Positions 50,696 to 64,000 of a stretch of 64,000 nt of DNA are shown in pieces. Source of the DNA: Heterodontus francisci (lineage: Eukaryota); contig NC_090404.1 in the NCBI RefSeq assembly GCF_036365525.1, forward strand, positions 32,044,236-32,108,235, written 5' to 3'. Positions within the stretch are counted from its first letter, which is position 1. Each line of letters begins with the position of its first letter. Made by a program: the position numbers and the translations under genes. Below the pieces are notes generated by a model. The model made no database searches. It saw nothing but the letters and a program-made list of their open reading frames with translations, and was not told the origin of the DNA.

Positions 50696-52539
50696 AACTT
50701 CACAAAAGTTGTGTGTCTTAGCTCTTCTTTTGTCACATTGAAACCTGGTGCCAAAATATGTACAATTTCGAGGCTAATCAATATGTACAAGATTGGAAGG
50801 AGAGTGTGACTCTACACAACGGGGAAGTGGGAACAACTCCTGTGTGTTCATGCATTCAGTGGTTGGAACAAGGATGAAAGATGAGACTCCCGTGCCTATT
50901 TATCCTATTACCTGCAAAATCCATCATTTCCCAATGTCCAGCATCATTCGTTCCTACCTCCTGCTTTCCAAGGAACACTGGGATTCATGAATACTGTGTT
51001 TGCATCAAGCAGATAATTCACCTGGGCGCTGGGGGAGCAAAGGGAGCTGGAGGAAAAGCAGTGACTGAAGGAAAAGGAAATCCTATATGAATTTCATGTG
51101 TGCTGGTGCTTTTATTGATGTATGACAACAGTGGGTTACCTTGCACTTTTCATAGGAGCCACATTGATTAAGCTTGTGCGACTTTGAAAATGAAACTTGT
51201 ATGTACTCCGTTTGTAGTAGTATTTCATCTCACTGTTAATCTCATATGCATCCCTACAGCGCTCGGTGCTGTTACTAGATGAACAAGTTCTTTGGGTTAT
51301 AAATAAACATGTCACTTTGGACAAGAAACTTGTTTGCAGCGAAAGTGGCCTGAAGTGAAGAAATGGCAATAGCAGCGTTGGTCAGCTATGTTGTAGCGAT
51401 GCACGGCATGTTCCCTGGTGCTCTAGTGTTTGAGAGTTGACATATTCATTGCTGCGACCTGGGACTGAATACCGGTCAGTAGTTAAACTTACTTGTTGCT
51501 GTACACCTGTCCCAACTAACATGAAATCTTTGCTGAATAAATCAAAGAAAAAAAATGGTCAGAAAGTCTGGAGGCATCTTTGGAGTGAAAAACAGACTTA
51601 AACTTCGAAATAAGCGCTACTGACCATAACTGGAAAAGGCAGACATGTAACAAATCGAAAACAAGTAAAGAGGCAGAGTTAGGGGACTGAAAGAACAAAA
51701 AGGAAGGGCTGTGATAGGTTGCAACCCATGAGGGACAAACTGAGAAAAGAGATGCTGGTGCAAGGCAAAACGTGGATGCCAATGGAGCACATTATGCTAC
51801 CTGCCATTTAAACTGGCATAAATATTGCTCCTGATCAAAGAAGCACAATTGCTGTTTGAATGATGCACGCTGGGATGAATGGCCTCCTTCTTTTTCCTAT
51901 AATAAATGGTAATCATAACCATTCTTGTCGCCTTCACATCTATTCAATGGTTTTGCAACGCATTAAGACAAATACAGCCAGCTACAGGAGAAATGCTGTG
52001 GACAACAGATGTACCTCTACGTTGCTTTTATTGATCTCACCAAAGCCTTTGACCTCGTCAGCAGAAGTGGTGCTTCAGACTACTGGAAAAGATTGGATGG
52101 CCCATAAAATCTGGGAAATTCCAAATTTGTGATGAATTCATTTCCTTCAGTCGATGTAGTGGTAAACACTTTGAATATTGTATGGGCATTCCCTGGTTTC
52201 GACGGGGGAGAGTAGAGCACATGCTATGCCTATTTTTTATGTTTAAAAAAAGAAAGTTTGGAAAAGTGATCCTGGCAAAGACAGACTAGTGAATTAGATG
52301 ACAGCTGCGGGCACAGTTATGGAAACCCAAGCCAGGATGGTGTGTGGCTTGGAGGGTAACTTGCCCAGGTCTTGCTTGCATTTCTACACAGACTTCTTCA
52401 GCATCGGAGGAGTCACGAATGGGGTTGAACATTGTTCAATCACTCGTGAACATCCCCAATTCTGACCTTATGATTGAAGGAAGATCATTGATGATGCAGC
52501 TGAAGATGGTTCCGCCTTGGACACTACCCTGAATTGTCT

Positions 52540-53400
52540 GATCGATAGACCTCAAAGGCTGGGAAAATGTAGCCGGGGGTTCCACAGAAATCTGTTTGAA
52601 ACCTCTTTATTTTAATAGTGTGTTAAATGGTAGGAAACGAGGTATCAGAAGAGAATGACTACATTTGCAGGTGAAACAAAGCTGATGCGGGTTGTGGACT
52701 GCAAAGCTGAAGAGAATAAGCTACAGGAGAGTTAAACAACTTAACAATCGAGCAAAAAAGCGATGTATGATATTCAGTGCAGAGAAATGCAAAGTACATC
52801 ACATGGAGAGAAGAAATCCAAAAAGGGTATATCACTTAACTGAAAATAAATTAATTTGTATGGAAAATGAAGGAGATCTGTCATTTCTAATTGGCAATAA
52901 ATTGAAGTAATCGCAACAATGAGCAAAGCAAATTAATTGTAGAGATGCATAAAAAGATCCATATAAGGTCGACTTCGTGAGGTAATCCTTCCATTTTATA
53001 ATTCATTGGAGCAACCTCACTTAGATTGTTGTGTACATTCTGGACACCGCAGGATGTCGCAACTATTGAACAGGCATTGAAGAGTGTACCCAAAATGATG
53101 ACGGGGATTGTTAGATTGGATTGTAAGGAAAGATTATGAAAATTCAGCATGTTCTCAATGGAACAAGGAAGTTCAATGGGCAATTTTCTTTCTGTTCTCC
53201 GGCTAGGAAAGGGACTAGATGATGTAGAGCTTGACAAGCTTACCAGAACAGTAGAACCAAAGGTCACAGGCTGCAATGAAGGCGTAAATTCAAAGCCAAT
53301 CTGCTGAAACAATAACTGAGCAGTCTATCTATGGAGCAGGCTTCTTAGAGATACAGTGGAAGCAGTGAGTATTGATTCCTACAATGCCAATTAGACTCTC
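52540..53400 (+). mobile_element. Old degraded CR1 LINE
   Basis: FSAEKCKVHH..EGDL remnants. Confidence 0.65.
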
Positions 53401-53619
53401 GACAAGTTGGATTTTCCCTACCTCGTATCTTCATCTGTTGTAGACTAGTTGATAGAGATTGATTCCTGTGACTGGCCAAGAACTGCATTATCATTATATC
53501 ATGGGACTGCCAGGGTGGTAGAAGGTAAACTAGATTGCTCTGTACAGTCTATAGTGAAGGTAATACAATTATTTAATTTGGTAAGTCTCCTTTTTATAAT
53601 TTGGGTGTTTATTGTTGTA

Positions 53620-55985
53620 TCTCTTTAACATCCCTTCCATAAGCAATGATGCTAAATTCCAGACCTTCACGTTGTCACGAGAATGCTTGCTACCCACCAA
53701 AGCCATAACGGGAAGCAATGATGCTGGCATTGATGAAGTTTGGAAGTCACTAAGCTCAATCATCTATGAAGCAGCAGAAGCATCGTTTGGTAAAGATGGA
53801 ACCCGCAACAACATTTGAAACCTACTCAGCTGAGATGATATCTGTCATTGATGCATGAAACAAACCCTACATGAGGCACAACATAAACCCAACAGCTAAG
53901 GCACTCCACGACCTGAAAGTGGCCAAGTCACCTATGCAAAAGAAAGGGAGATACTATGCAAACAAACACTGGATCAATTTATTTAAGGGATCCAAACTTC
54001 ACGTGACAAAGCCTAGGAATTATGTACGAAGGTATCAAGAGGGCGCTTGGCCCTGTCATCACCAAAGTTGCTGCTCTGAAGTCAGCAGATGTTGAAATTA
54101 CCCACTGACGATAGTAAAATAGATGTCGCACTGGGCTGAACACTACTGTGAGCTGTACTCTTGTGAATCGGACATCTTCCAATCTGTACGTGATGCTCTC
54201 CCTCAGCTTCCTGTCATGGATGAGTTAGATGAGTAACCCTCATCACTGGAGCTCGAGAAGGCTGTAGGCCACCTAGCGGACAGAAGGGCACCAGGAAAGG
54301 ACAAAATTTCAGCCTAACTGCTCAGCACGGAAAGGCCCATCGATTTCTACACCTTTATGCCCCTTCTACTTCTCTGCTGGAAAGTATACTGTATTCCACA
54401 TGGGGATACTGATGCTAAAATCATCACATTGTACAAAAACAAAGGCGACAGAGGAGACTGCAACAACTACAAGGGCATCTCACTCCTTCACATCATGGGG
54501 AAGGCCTTTGCTAGGGTCATACTTAAATGGCTCTATTCATTGCAGACATAGTATTCCCGGAAGAACAATGCAGTTTCTGTGCTGGCAGATCTACTGTGGA
54601 TATAATCTTCTCCATACACCAATTCCAAGAGAAGTGTAGGGAACAGAGTATACCCCTTCATCTTACTTTCATAGATCTTACTGAGGCATTCGAAACTGTC
54701 AGCAGAGCAGGGCTCTACAAGATTTTTGGGGGAAAATGCTGGCCACCAAAGCTCCTCAGTCTCATCCGCTCCTTCCATGACAACATGCACTACATAGTAC
54801 AGTTTAATGGCTTCACTTCTTAAATTTTCAAAGTGAAGAATGGAGTGAAACAGGGTTGTGCCCGAGCCCCCACTCTGTTTGGCACTTTCTTCTCCATGCT
54901 CCTGACCTTCGCCTTCCCTGCAGATATGGAAAAAGTCTACTTGCACACAAGGTCAAACAGCAAGCTTTAAGTTCCATCAAGGCTGAAAGTGAAGGGAAAA
55001 TAAACACATCACATCCTCATCAGAGAACTCCTGTACGCTGATGATGCTGCGCTAATCGCTCACATAAAGACTCAGCTCAAAGACTCATGCATTGTCTCTC
55101 CCTTGCCTGTAACTTGTTTTCCTGACTATAAGCATCAAAAATCTGTGTTTATGGGACAAGGTGTTACATCTCCAACCATGATCACACTAAATACAACCCA
55201 CCAGAAGTGGTTAGCAAATTTCTTGGGTCACAATATCATAGAACTAATACACCTATACACAAATAGGGAAACGCTACCACCTTTGACTGACTTGTGAAAT
55301 GTTCTTTGGATAACAACAAGCTGGAACGTAGGACCAAGCTAATGATTTATCAGACCTGTGTTCTCAGCACCTTGCTGAATGGCTGTGAAACATGGGCGAT
55401 TACAGCTACCAGGAAAAGAAGCTCAATCATTTCCAATTTCACTGTCTGCGGTACATTATAGATATATCCTGGCAAGACAAAATAACAAATGCAGCAGTCC
55501 TTTCAAAGGCAGAGTTCCCAAATGCATTAGTTTCAGTGGATTGGACACATCGACAGGTTGCAAGACGGTTCGATTCCCAAGGACCTTCTTAATGATGAGA
55601 TAGATGGAGCCAGAAGACCAGTTTGGCGCTCATTTCTCCACTTCAGGGATACTTGCAAGCATGATATGAAGGCCCGAAATTTCGACTATCGCACCTGGGA
55701 GTCCCTGGCTGGCGACATAGGGAAATGGAGACACATCCTGCGGGCTTGCGTGAACTACCATGATCACAAGTGGCTGCAGCTGTTTGGCAACGGATGCCAA
55801 CACTGAAAACAACGACTCACAGCCTCACTTTGCAGGTTCACGTGCAGCACTTGTGGCAGAATCTGTCTCTCAAGGATTGGCCTTGACAGCCATCAGTAAA
55901 GCTGCACCAAGAGAAGACACCCCACCTAAATGGATTGTTTGTTCCGTGTCCATCATCTTTTGTCGATGGCAGGATGCCAACCCAA
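53620..55985 (+). mobile_element. RTE-clade LINE RT region and 3' end
   Basis: DAKIITLYKNKGDRGDCNNYKGISLL, FIDLTEAF, GVKQGC and LYADD motifs; C-terminal Zn-knuckle-like segment. Confidence 0.9.
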
Positions 55986-56228
55986 GCCTTTAAAAAGTGA
56001 ACACTTCTGTTAGATTAATTTAATTTTGTTTGATGGTACTGAGATGTCTTCATAATTGGTCAGTTAAAAGAGCAGAATGTGGATTAGATGGTGTTAGATG
56101 GTCCTTTTTCTCTAGCAATTCCTCTGTTTCTATGTTTATAGACACAGGAGTGTGCCTGTGGTGCTGTGCCCAGTGAGAGGAGAGCAGTTCATAGGGACAG
56201 TGCCTAATCCCATTTCAGAGCATACCTT

Positions 56229-56322
56229 CCGAAGAAGGGTCACTGACCCGAAACGTTAACTCTGCTTCTCTTTCCACAGATGCTGCCAGACCTGCTGAAT
56301 GATTCCAGCATTTCTTATTTTA
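56229..56322 (+). mobile_element. Short Penelope-tail insertion flanked by a 17-bp direct repeat, 3' of GPCR C
   Basis: ATTTCAGAGCATACCTT at 56212-56228 and 56323-56339. Confidence 0.8.
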
Positions 56323-56700
56323 ATTTCAGAGCATACCTTACTCATAAGACCCATGCCATACCCTACAGAAATATTGATGTCCTTTCATTAAAAATGTTAA
56401 AATATATATTCAATAACAGAACCGAAGTCGGACTGTGTGTCTGCAACATGAATGCAGATATACTTCAGGGGCCTCAGGGCTGTGATAAAGTACCGGGTCA
56501 GACTCAGCACGAGGAATAGAACTGAAAACTAACTTAACACAGGTTACAACACTGAATTGTGCGCCGATTCTGTGCTTCTTATACATTCCAAAATTCAACA
56601 GTTGGTAAGGATCTCATTGCGAGGGAAGCCCGCGAAGGACAAGAAAAAGAAGAAAAAATGATTGAATATCGTGTGAAATTCATGATGGATTTCATTATTT

Positions 56701-57611
56701 TCACCATTTAAACAATTTAACAATTAGGCTCAGTGGATATTTCACCCCATTCTTTAACTCATCTCTGAATTTACTTTGGGTTCCTGCATAAATAAACGGG
56801 TTGATGCAGGAACTCAAAAGCTGAAGCATAATTCCGCTTTCATCCAGAATAAAATTTGATTCATTGAAATTGGATCCGGAGAAATAACTAAAGCTCGCAA
56901 TTCGGACGTAGAGGAAAGTAATTAGAAGTAACAAATATAACAGGATGAAACTGCCCGAGATACAGAAGAGTAAAACGATGGATTTTCTCCGCTTTTCCAT
57001 CTCTGGGTCACTCTGATTCTCTCCATTGCTTTGGGCTCGGAATCTCCTGCGCGCTTTACTGGTAATTAGAATATGTCTGACAGTCAGAGCATTGAGTAGT
57101 AAAATTACAATGAATGGGAGACAAGGGGTTAAAATGTGGTGAATCCAGTCATATGTGGTCCATGCTGGTGATGTATAAAATATTAATTTGATACTGCAGA
57201 TCCAGGGTATATTGTTAATTATGTACAAAGGTTCATATATAAAATAGAGGAAGGTATTTTTTGAGCAGCTCAGTACACAGACCGTTCCGATAACACGAGC
57301 CGCCATCTTCTCATTGCAATATTTTATTTTCGACTTCTGGCAACAAATAGCCATAAATCGATCAAAGGTGAAAGCGACCGTTAACCAAACAGAACTGTCT
57401 ATGGATGCATAGTTCAGGGCAACACGGAGACTACATACTGGTGTGATGTTCAGGACACTGAACGGGAAATAAATACTAGCAATCCTGTTTAATATCACAG
57501 CGGTGATAATGACCAGGAGATCCGTTACCGCCATGGACACCATGTAGTAAGTGATACATCTGGAGAGACCACATCTTCCTCGGGACAGGATCACAATCAC
57601 TGCCAAGTTAG
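56701..57611 (-). CDS. Exon 2 of GPR139-like class A GPCR paralog C (326 aa with exon 1 at 62417-62486)
   Basis: Intact frame, about 77% identical to B by hand count (68/300 differences). AG acceptor at 57612-57613 follows a (CT)n tract; GVP|ANL junction. Confidence 0.95.
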
Positions 57612-58094
57612 CTGCAACAGAGAGAGAGAGACTGAGAGAAAGAATAAAATAGCATGGGCATGAGCAAGGGATAACAGAAAGGTTACTGGTGAGACTTCAA
57701 ATAAAATCAACCGTTTTATCGTATTCTATCCAGGATTTACAGCTTTGGCCATGCGATCTTCATTGTAAACTACTGCTTAGCCTAAATACACTTGTTTCTG
57801 CATTTAAAATTAATCATCCACATTAAACATAAGACAGGACAAAGAAATTGGGATGTAAAATAATACAATGAAATATAACGGAGAACAAGAAGGCATCAGA
57901 AACACATCGAAACCAACATGGGAACATGAAACAGACAAGAAAAACAACATCACTAATATATTAAAGAAAATATTGAACAAGATAGATAAAACAAAGTACA
58001 CAATAAAAGTAGAAACTAACAGGAAATCTGCAAACTGGCACTGAAAACGGATTATATCCCACTGAGGACCTAAATCACCCTCATCTAATGAATT

Positions 58095-58610
58095 AGGAAC
58101 ATAGGAACATCGGAACAGAAGTAGGCCATTTGATACGTCGAGCCTATTTCGGTATTCAACTCGATCATGGCTGATCTTCTACCTCAACGCCATTTTTCAG
58201 CACTATCTCCACATTCCTTGATATCTTGAATATCTAGAAATCTATCGATCTCCGTCTTGAACACACTCAATGACTGAACATCAACAGTCCTCTGAGGTAG
58301 AGGAGTCCAAAGTTTCACCACCCTCTGAATGAGGAAATTCCTACTCATTTCAGTTCAAATGGCCTCCCCCTAATTCGGAGACTGCACTCCCTGGTTCTAG
58401 ACCCCGCAACCAGCGTAAACGTTCTTCCTGCATCTTCCTTGTCAAGTCCTGTAGGAATTTTGCATGCTTCAAAGAAATCACCATTCATTCTTCTAAACTC
58501 CAGAGAATACAGGCCCAGTCGTCTCAATCCCTCCTCATAGGACAATCCCACCATCCCAGGAATCAGTTTGGTGAACCTTCATTGCTCTCCCTCTAGGGAA
58601 AGTAGGTATA
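58095..58610 (-). mobile_element. CR1 LINE 3' fragment in intron of GPCR C
   Basis: GLSYEEGLRRLGLYSLEFRRM in ORF 58345-58554. Confidence 0.85.
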
Positions 58611-59574
58611 GGTAAGGAACTGTAAAATGATTTACTGTTTAAAAAAATCGACCTTCAACTTGCTCCTCAAGCAGAGAGATGTGAGCAGTTAATAAGCGTT
58701 TTCTGAATTTGTGGAGGGGATGTTGCAAGGACACAGTAATAACTTCAACCACTAGTCATTTGGGCACTTAGCTGTCGATCTGAACCACCAGAATTGACAT
58801 GTTATGAAGTTTCATTTGAAGAAAGGTCCCTCCTACAATGCAGCACTTCCTCAGCATTGATGAACCCAATCCTATGGTGGATCTTGAAATTGAAACATTT
58901 TGACTCAGATGCGAGTGATGACGTTAGTTATGAGGACTCACATAACTTGGAGAAAATTGAGCACAGGAAAAGTCCCGGATATTGCCAAGGGCTTTTAGCA
59001 GAAGGAAAATCAGGACTCAACAGCAGTCACTGTAGAATTGTCAGTAGCAGCTAATGTGTCACAGGAGAAGCACTGAGATTTAAAGACTGGAAAGCAGAAA
59101 CACTGCTCTGTGAGTTTCGGCTAAGTACTGATGCATTCATAAAACGGCCACTTGTTATATTGCTCGCATTTCTGTCGCCAACTGGATGCCTAAAATGTAC
59201 CTTCAATAAAGTTAATCATAAATAAAAGTCGAAAAATTTTAATAGTGGAATAATTTCCATCAGCCATTCATTTGTGAAAATCTGGCAACCACTGTCAATG
59301 TCAATAACATGATAGAACTCCATATACATCATGATAACACTCATTCACATTTAAAGTATCAATAGCACAATAGAACTATATGTACATCACCGTAACAGTG
59401 TAATAATTCACCCACAGTAACTGTGTCAATAACATAACAGAACAACACAACAAAAACGAAATACTTAAAATAGTTTTGTTGCTAGAAATCTGAAATAACA
59501 ACAGAATGTGCTGGAAATATTCAGCTGGTCAGGCAGCATGCGTGGAGAGAAAAACATAGGCAATGTTTCAAGTC

Positions 59575-61700
59575 TGTGCTGTTCCGTATTTCCACCCGTA
59601 CTGATTCTACTTCATGATCTTCTGAGGCCAGATCGCTTCTTATTAATGCCCTTGTGCCATCCTTTACAATTAGGGCTACTCCTCCTCCTTTGGCATTCTG
59701 TCTGTCTCTCCGAAATATTTTGTACCCTGGGATATTAATTTCCCAACCATGTTCTCTTTGTAACCGTATCTCGGTATTGGCAATTAGATCTATAAGCATT
59801 TATGTCTATTCAGGCCATTGTTTCATCTATCTTATTACAGATGCTTCGTGTATTCAGATCCAAGAACTTTAATTTAATTTTGTGTACCTCTATTATTTGC
59901 CAATGTGCAATTTTTGGGAAATTCTTTGTCCCTTCCTGTACCATTCTGTTGGGAGTTAAATGTATCACTATCCTGCTCCGATGTCCTGACCTCTCCCTTT
60001 GGGTATCTAAATTTCCCTTTAGCCAAACTCTCCTCGCCACCTCCCCGTTAGTTTAAAGCCCTGTCCACAGCCCTGGACACTGGATCCAGCCCCGTTCAAG
60101 TGAAGCCCATGTCAAAAGAATAACTGCCTCTTCCTTGAGTCCGGATGCGAGTGCCTCAAGAATCACAACCCCTTTTTCCCATATCATTCTTTGAGCCACG
60201 TGGTTAGTTCTGTAATATGATGACCTTGTGCCAATTTGCGCGTGGTTCAGGTAACATAGAAAAAACATCGAAACATAGAAATTAGCAGCAGGAGTAGGCC
60301 ATTCGGCCCTTCGGGCCTGCTCCACCATTCAAAAAAGATCATGGCTGATTGTCTAATTCAGTACTCTCTTCCCACTTTCTTCCCATATTGCTTGATCCCT
60401 TTGGCTTTAAGAAATGTATCTATTTCCTAATATCTATCTCAAAGTGCAACAATCTGGAGATGATTACTTTTGATGTTCTGCATTTTAGAATGGACCCTAA
60501 CTCATCGAATTTTCTAAACAGAACATCATTTCTGGTTCTACCAATATCATTGGTCCCCACATGGACCACGACAACTGGATCCACCCCCTCCCGCTCCAGG
60601 TTCCTCTCCAGCTGCAAGGAGATGTCCTGGACCTTAGCACCGGGCAGGCAAAACAGCCATCAGAGCTCCCGGCCATGGCTACAGAGAGCAGTATCTATCC
60701 CCCTGAATATGCTGTCTCCTATCACTACCACATTTCTCTTCATTCGCCCCACTGGAATGGCATCTTTCACCATTGTGCCATCGTCAGTCTGCTCATCCAC
60801 CTTGCTGTCCTTCTCTTCGTCCACACAAGTAGCAAGGACCTCATACTTGTTCGACAAGGTCAGAGGCTGAGGCGCCTCCATCACTACACGTTGATTCCCC
60901 CTACCTTCCCCACTCACAGTCACACCCTCCTTTCCTTGACCATTGGCCATCTCTAGTGGCCTCCCTGCTCTAAGGATTGTGACTGCCTTCTGGAACAAAG
61001 TGTTCAGGTAACTCTCCCCCTCCTTGATGCTCCGCAATATCTTCAACTCTGTCTCCAGCTCACCAATTCTGAGCTGAATTTGTGCAAGCTGCTGACATTT
61101 ACTGCAGACATGGCTGCCCGGGATTGCACTGTATTACACAGATTCCCACATGCTGCAGTTGTGGCACACCATCAGCCTCTGTGCAACCTTATTTTTTAAT
61201 TAGTCAATTAGTTAATAATTCAAGCTGAAGTAATGGGAAGTTGCACTCACCTACATTGGAGTCAAAGGGAGAAGACTCATCTACTGCTGGAGATTGCAAA
61301 AGATAGGAAAAGGCACCCCTCTTTTCCCCTCTGCACTAAATTAATACGTCCACCAAATTTCCAAATTCACCCTGGCAAATGTCTCTTCACTTTGTCCCCT
61401 CACTGCGTACAGCTAGGAAACTGATCTGTTTTATATTAGGGTTATAATGACTCACTAGCTAGCTTAGTTTTCTTCTACAACACCGATTAAACCTAAATAT
61501 TTCCAACTGATTGACTGATAACTGCCACTTCTGGCTGTTTCTTGTTTAACAAGGCTATTTACCTAACCCACAAATATAAAGCCTGACTCTTAATCTAAAA
61601 TCAAACAGGAAAAAACTTACCAGCTGCTCCAAATTTACTAGTTCAATCTGGCAAATGTCTCACTCGGGCAACTGTTTCCTCTCAAATGCGTCCCCTCTCC
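59575..61700 (-). mobile_element. CR1 LINE 5' portion (5'UTR, ORF1, APE start) in intron of GPCR C
   Basis: VVVIGDSI, VVVHVGTNDIG and RRDR..KGGGVAL motifs; a CR1 3' end is nested at ~60255-60420. Confidence 0.85.
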
Positions 61701-61882
61701 CATAGTAACTGTGTCAATAATGCAATAGAACTACACTTACACTGTGTAAACAATATGATAATTCACCCACAATAACACTGTCAATAACACAATAGAACTT
61801 CATTTACACTGTGATAGTGATGATAATTCACCCACAGTAGCACTGACAGTAATCCAATACAACTAAAGTTACACTGTGAAAC
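61700..61882. repeat. ~65-bp degenerate tandem repeat (ATAATTCACCCA..TGTCAATAACACAATAGAACT..ACACTGTG) in intron
   Basis: Continues from 59290-59445 across the CR1 insertion; homologues at 1480-1585 and 17500-17675. Confidence 0.7.
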
Positions 61883-62416
61883 TGTGAATGAGTTGGAGGG
61901 ACTAAATTATACAATTATAGAGGAGAAATTATACCTTCAAAGTGAAAAGTATGGATTCAAACGGGGAAAAAAATTCCAGAAACCTGAGGCAACCATACCA
62001 GTAAAAAGAGAAATGAAAGAAAAATGCAGCAGATGCTGGGAATCTGAAATAATAACAAAAAGTGTTGAAAATACACAGCAGGTCGGTTAGAATTTATGGA
62101 CAGAGAGGCAGAGTTAACGTTTCAGTTCTGTGTCCTTTCATAAGACAGCATTAAAAGGCGAGAAATTATATCAGTAAATTGAAGAAATTATATTGTTACA
62201 ATGTTGAATAAAGACTGCTAAAGTGTAAAACGAAACTATAATATAGAAGACATTATATTAAATAGTGGGAAGGAAGCTTCCTATTAAATGGGAGAAATTA
62301 TTCCATTAAAGGGTAAAAAGAATGTCAGTACCGTGGAGAAGAGCTATTGCTAAATGAAAGCAATGATACAGCTCACCAATATTTCTCATAACTTCTAGCA
62401 AACTACAATATTTTAC

Positions 62417-62486
62417 CTGGAACCCCGATAACAGCAAGGATTGGATAGTAAATGGCAAATACCAGACCTTTTGGTGCAACGTGCAT
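62417..62486 (-). CDS. Exon 1 of GPR139-like GPCR paralog C (MHVAPKGLVFAIYYPILAVIGVP|)
   Basis: ATG at 62484-62486; donor CCAG|gtaaaa; 70 nt as in A and B. Confidence 0.9.
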
Positions 62487-62538
62487 TTCGATCAGAGACT
62501 CTGAGCACGATCCACAATATAGTCAAATATTGTCACAT

Positions 62539-62635
62539 TTATACCTGAAATCAGGCTCCAGGGATATAATTAGGTGGTTTGATCTATTGCATCAATCACA
62601 CTAATTGAAACAAACAGATTCGTGCAGCTGCTGCC
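62539..62635 (-). promoter_or_regulatory. Proximal promoter of GPCR C: TATAAA (62539-62544), O/E-like ATCCCTGGAG (62556-62565), TAATTA (62567-62572), TAATTG (62602-62607)
   Basis: Positionally conserved among the three paralogs. Confidence 0.55.
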
Positions 62636-62994
62636 AGGATCATGTTTATGATTTGATGGAATAGAATTTTTATAAAGAGCACTGCTACGTCTCTAAAATG
62701 AAATACCCAGAGACTATAATATGGTCCCTGCTATATTTCTTAATAAAGGATATCAAAAAGCTTACTACCATGTTGAGATGGTGAAAGTGCACCCTGTACA
62801 CGAAGAATCTCCTGTTTGAACCCCTTCATGCTGAGTTAAGTGCCCTCACCACAAGATATAACTGATCGGGGATATTTTGGTGCTGAAGGAAAATGCATTC
62901 AAGTTCTCACTCCCAATCATAATTCAGCTTCAGTCCATGCGATCACTGGTCACAGACATCTGACTCAAAATCCCTCTGAGAATGTAGACCGACT

Positions 62995-63430
62995 TCAGTG
63001 CAGCTGACTGTGCATTCCTTGTGCTGATGTCGAGGACAGCACGAATACTTTCAGTGTGCATAGGTGCAGTTGATCATGTTTCCATTTTGTGCAGAAATGA
63101 ACATGTTCAGCACGATTGTCTTCAGTACGGTTACCTTCAGTGGGTGCAGGCCCAGTTGAGCAGAGCTACACTTAGCTTGGACTGATCCAGGTCGGGGAGT
63201 TATATGCATTGTGTAGAGGTCCAGTTCAGCACGGTTACAGTCAGTGTAGTCTGATACAGTTCAGCATGATTACTTTCGGTGCACAGGACAAGTTCTGCAC
63301 GGTGACATTCAGATCAACTGGTACACTTACCATGGATACATTTATTGTCCTGTTCAGCATGGTTACATTCAAAGTGCACAGCTTCTGTTCAGCATGGTTA
63401 CTCTCAGTGTGGACTGGAACAGTTCAATGC
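62995..63430. repeat. Degenerate ~35-bp tandem array upstream of C
   Basis: Same unit as upstream of A and B; truncated by CR1 at ~63460. Confidence 0.75.
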
Positions 63431-63459
63431 AGTAACTATCAATGTTGATAACTCTCAAT

Positions 63460-64000
63460 GCCTTTGGATAAAGGAGAATCCTAAAAGATTCTGTAAGTAT
63501 ATTACGAGTAACAGGGTAGCTAGGAAGAGAGTAGGTCTCCTGAAGGATCAGTGTGGCAATCTATGCATGGAGCCACGGGTAATGGGCGAGGTCTTAAATG
63601 AATACTTCTCATCTGTAATTACCGTGGAGAAGGTCATGGAAGCTAGTGAGTTCAAGGGATGGAACAGCGATACCCTGGAGCATATCAACATTACAAAGCA
63701 GGATGTGTTGGAGGTTTTAAAGTGCATTAAGATGGATAAATCCCCAGGGCCTGACCAGGTGTATCCCAGGTTGCTATGGGAAGCAAGGCAGGAGATTGTT
63801 GGGGCCCTGGCAGAGATTTTTATATCATCGTTAGCCACGGGTGAGGTACTGGAAGACTGGAGGATAGCTAATGTTGTGCCTTTATTTAAGAAGGGCAGCA
63901 GGGATAAGCCAGGGAACTATAGGCCGGTGAGCCTTACATCAGTGGTGGAAATGTTACTGGAAGAGATTCTGAGAGACAGGATTTATATGCATTTGGAAAG
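63460..64000 (+). mobile_element. CR1 LINE ORF2 fragment running off the window
   Basis: NPKRF, KSPGPDQVYPRLL and EDWRIANVVPLFKKG..PGNYRPVSLTS motifs. Confidence 0.9.

Overview
Vertebrate genomic DNA, almost certainly from a cartilaginous fish (shark/ray), judging by HE1-like tRNA-derived SINEs, abundant CR1/RTE LINEs and Penelope fragments. Most of the window is transposable-element debris, and most short ORFs in the track are TE remnants or noise. The real host genes form a minus-strand tandem cluster of two-exon, GPR139/GPR142-like class A GPCR genes. Two are complete: B (exons 18967-19036 + 15389-16296, 325 aa) and C (exons 62417-62486 + 56701-57611, 326 aa). A third (A) shows only exon 1 (2075-2144); its exon 2 lies left of the window. 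The 70-nt first exons are missed by the ORF track. All three share a TATA + O/E(EBF)-like + homeodomain promoter and the same flanking/intronic degenerate arrays. Unexpected signals: (1) a decayed DNA-virus-like replication module between genes A and B, comprising a primase large-subunit-like ORF split by a CR1 insertion and a convergent polyomavirus-LT/papillomavirus-E1-like SF3 helicase (candidate endogenous adomavirus-like element); (2) two ancient long inverted repeats (10.5-14.9 kb and 43.4-48.1 kb) hidden by later insertions; (3) a possible very degraded fourth GPCR on the plus strand. All alignments were done by eye; no database searches were run.
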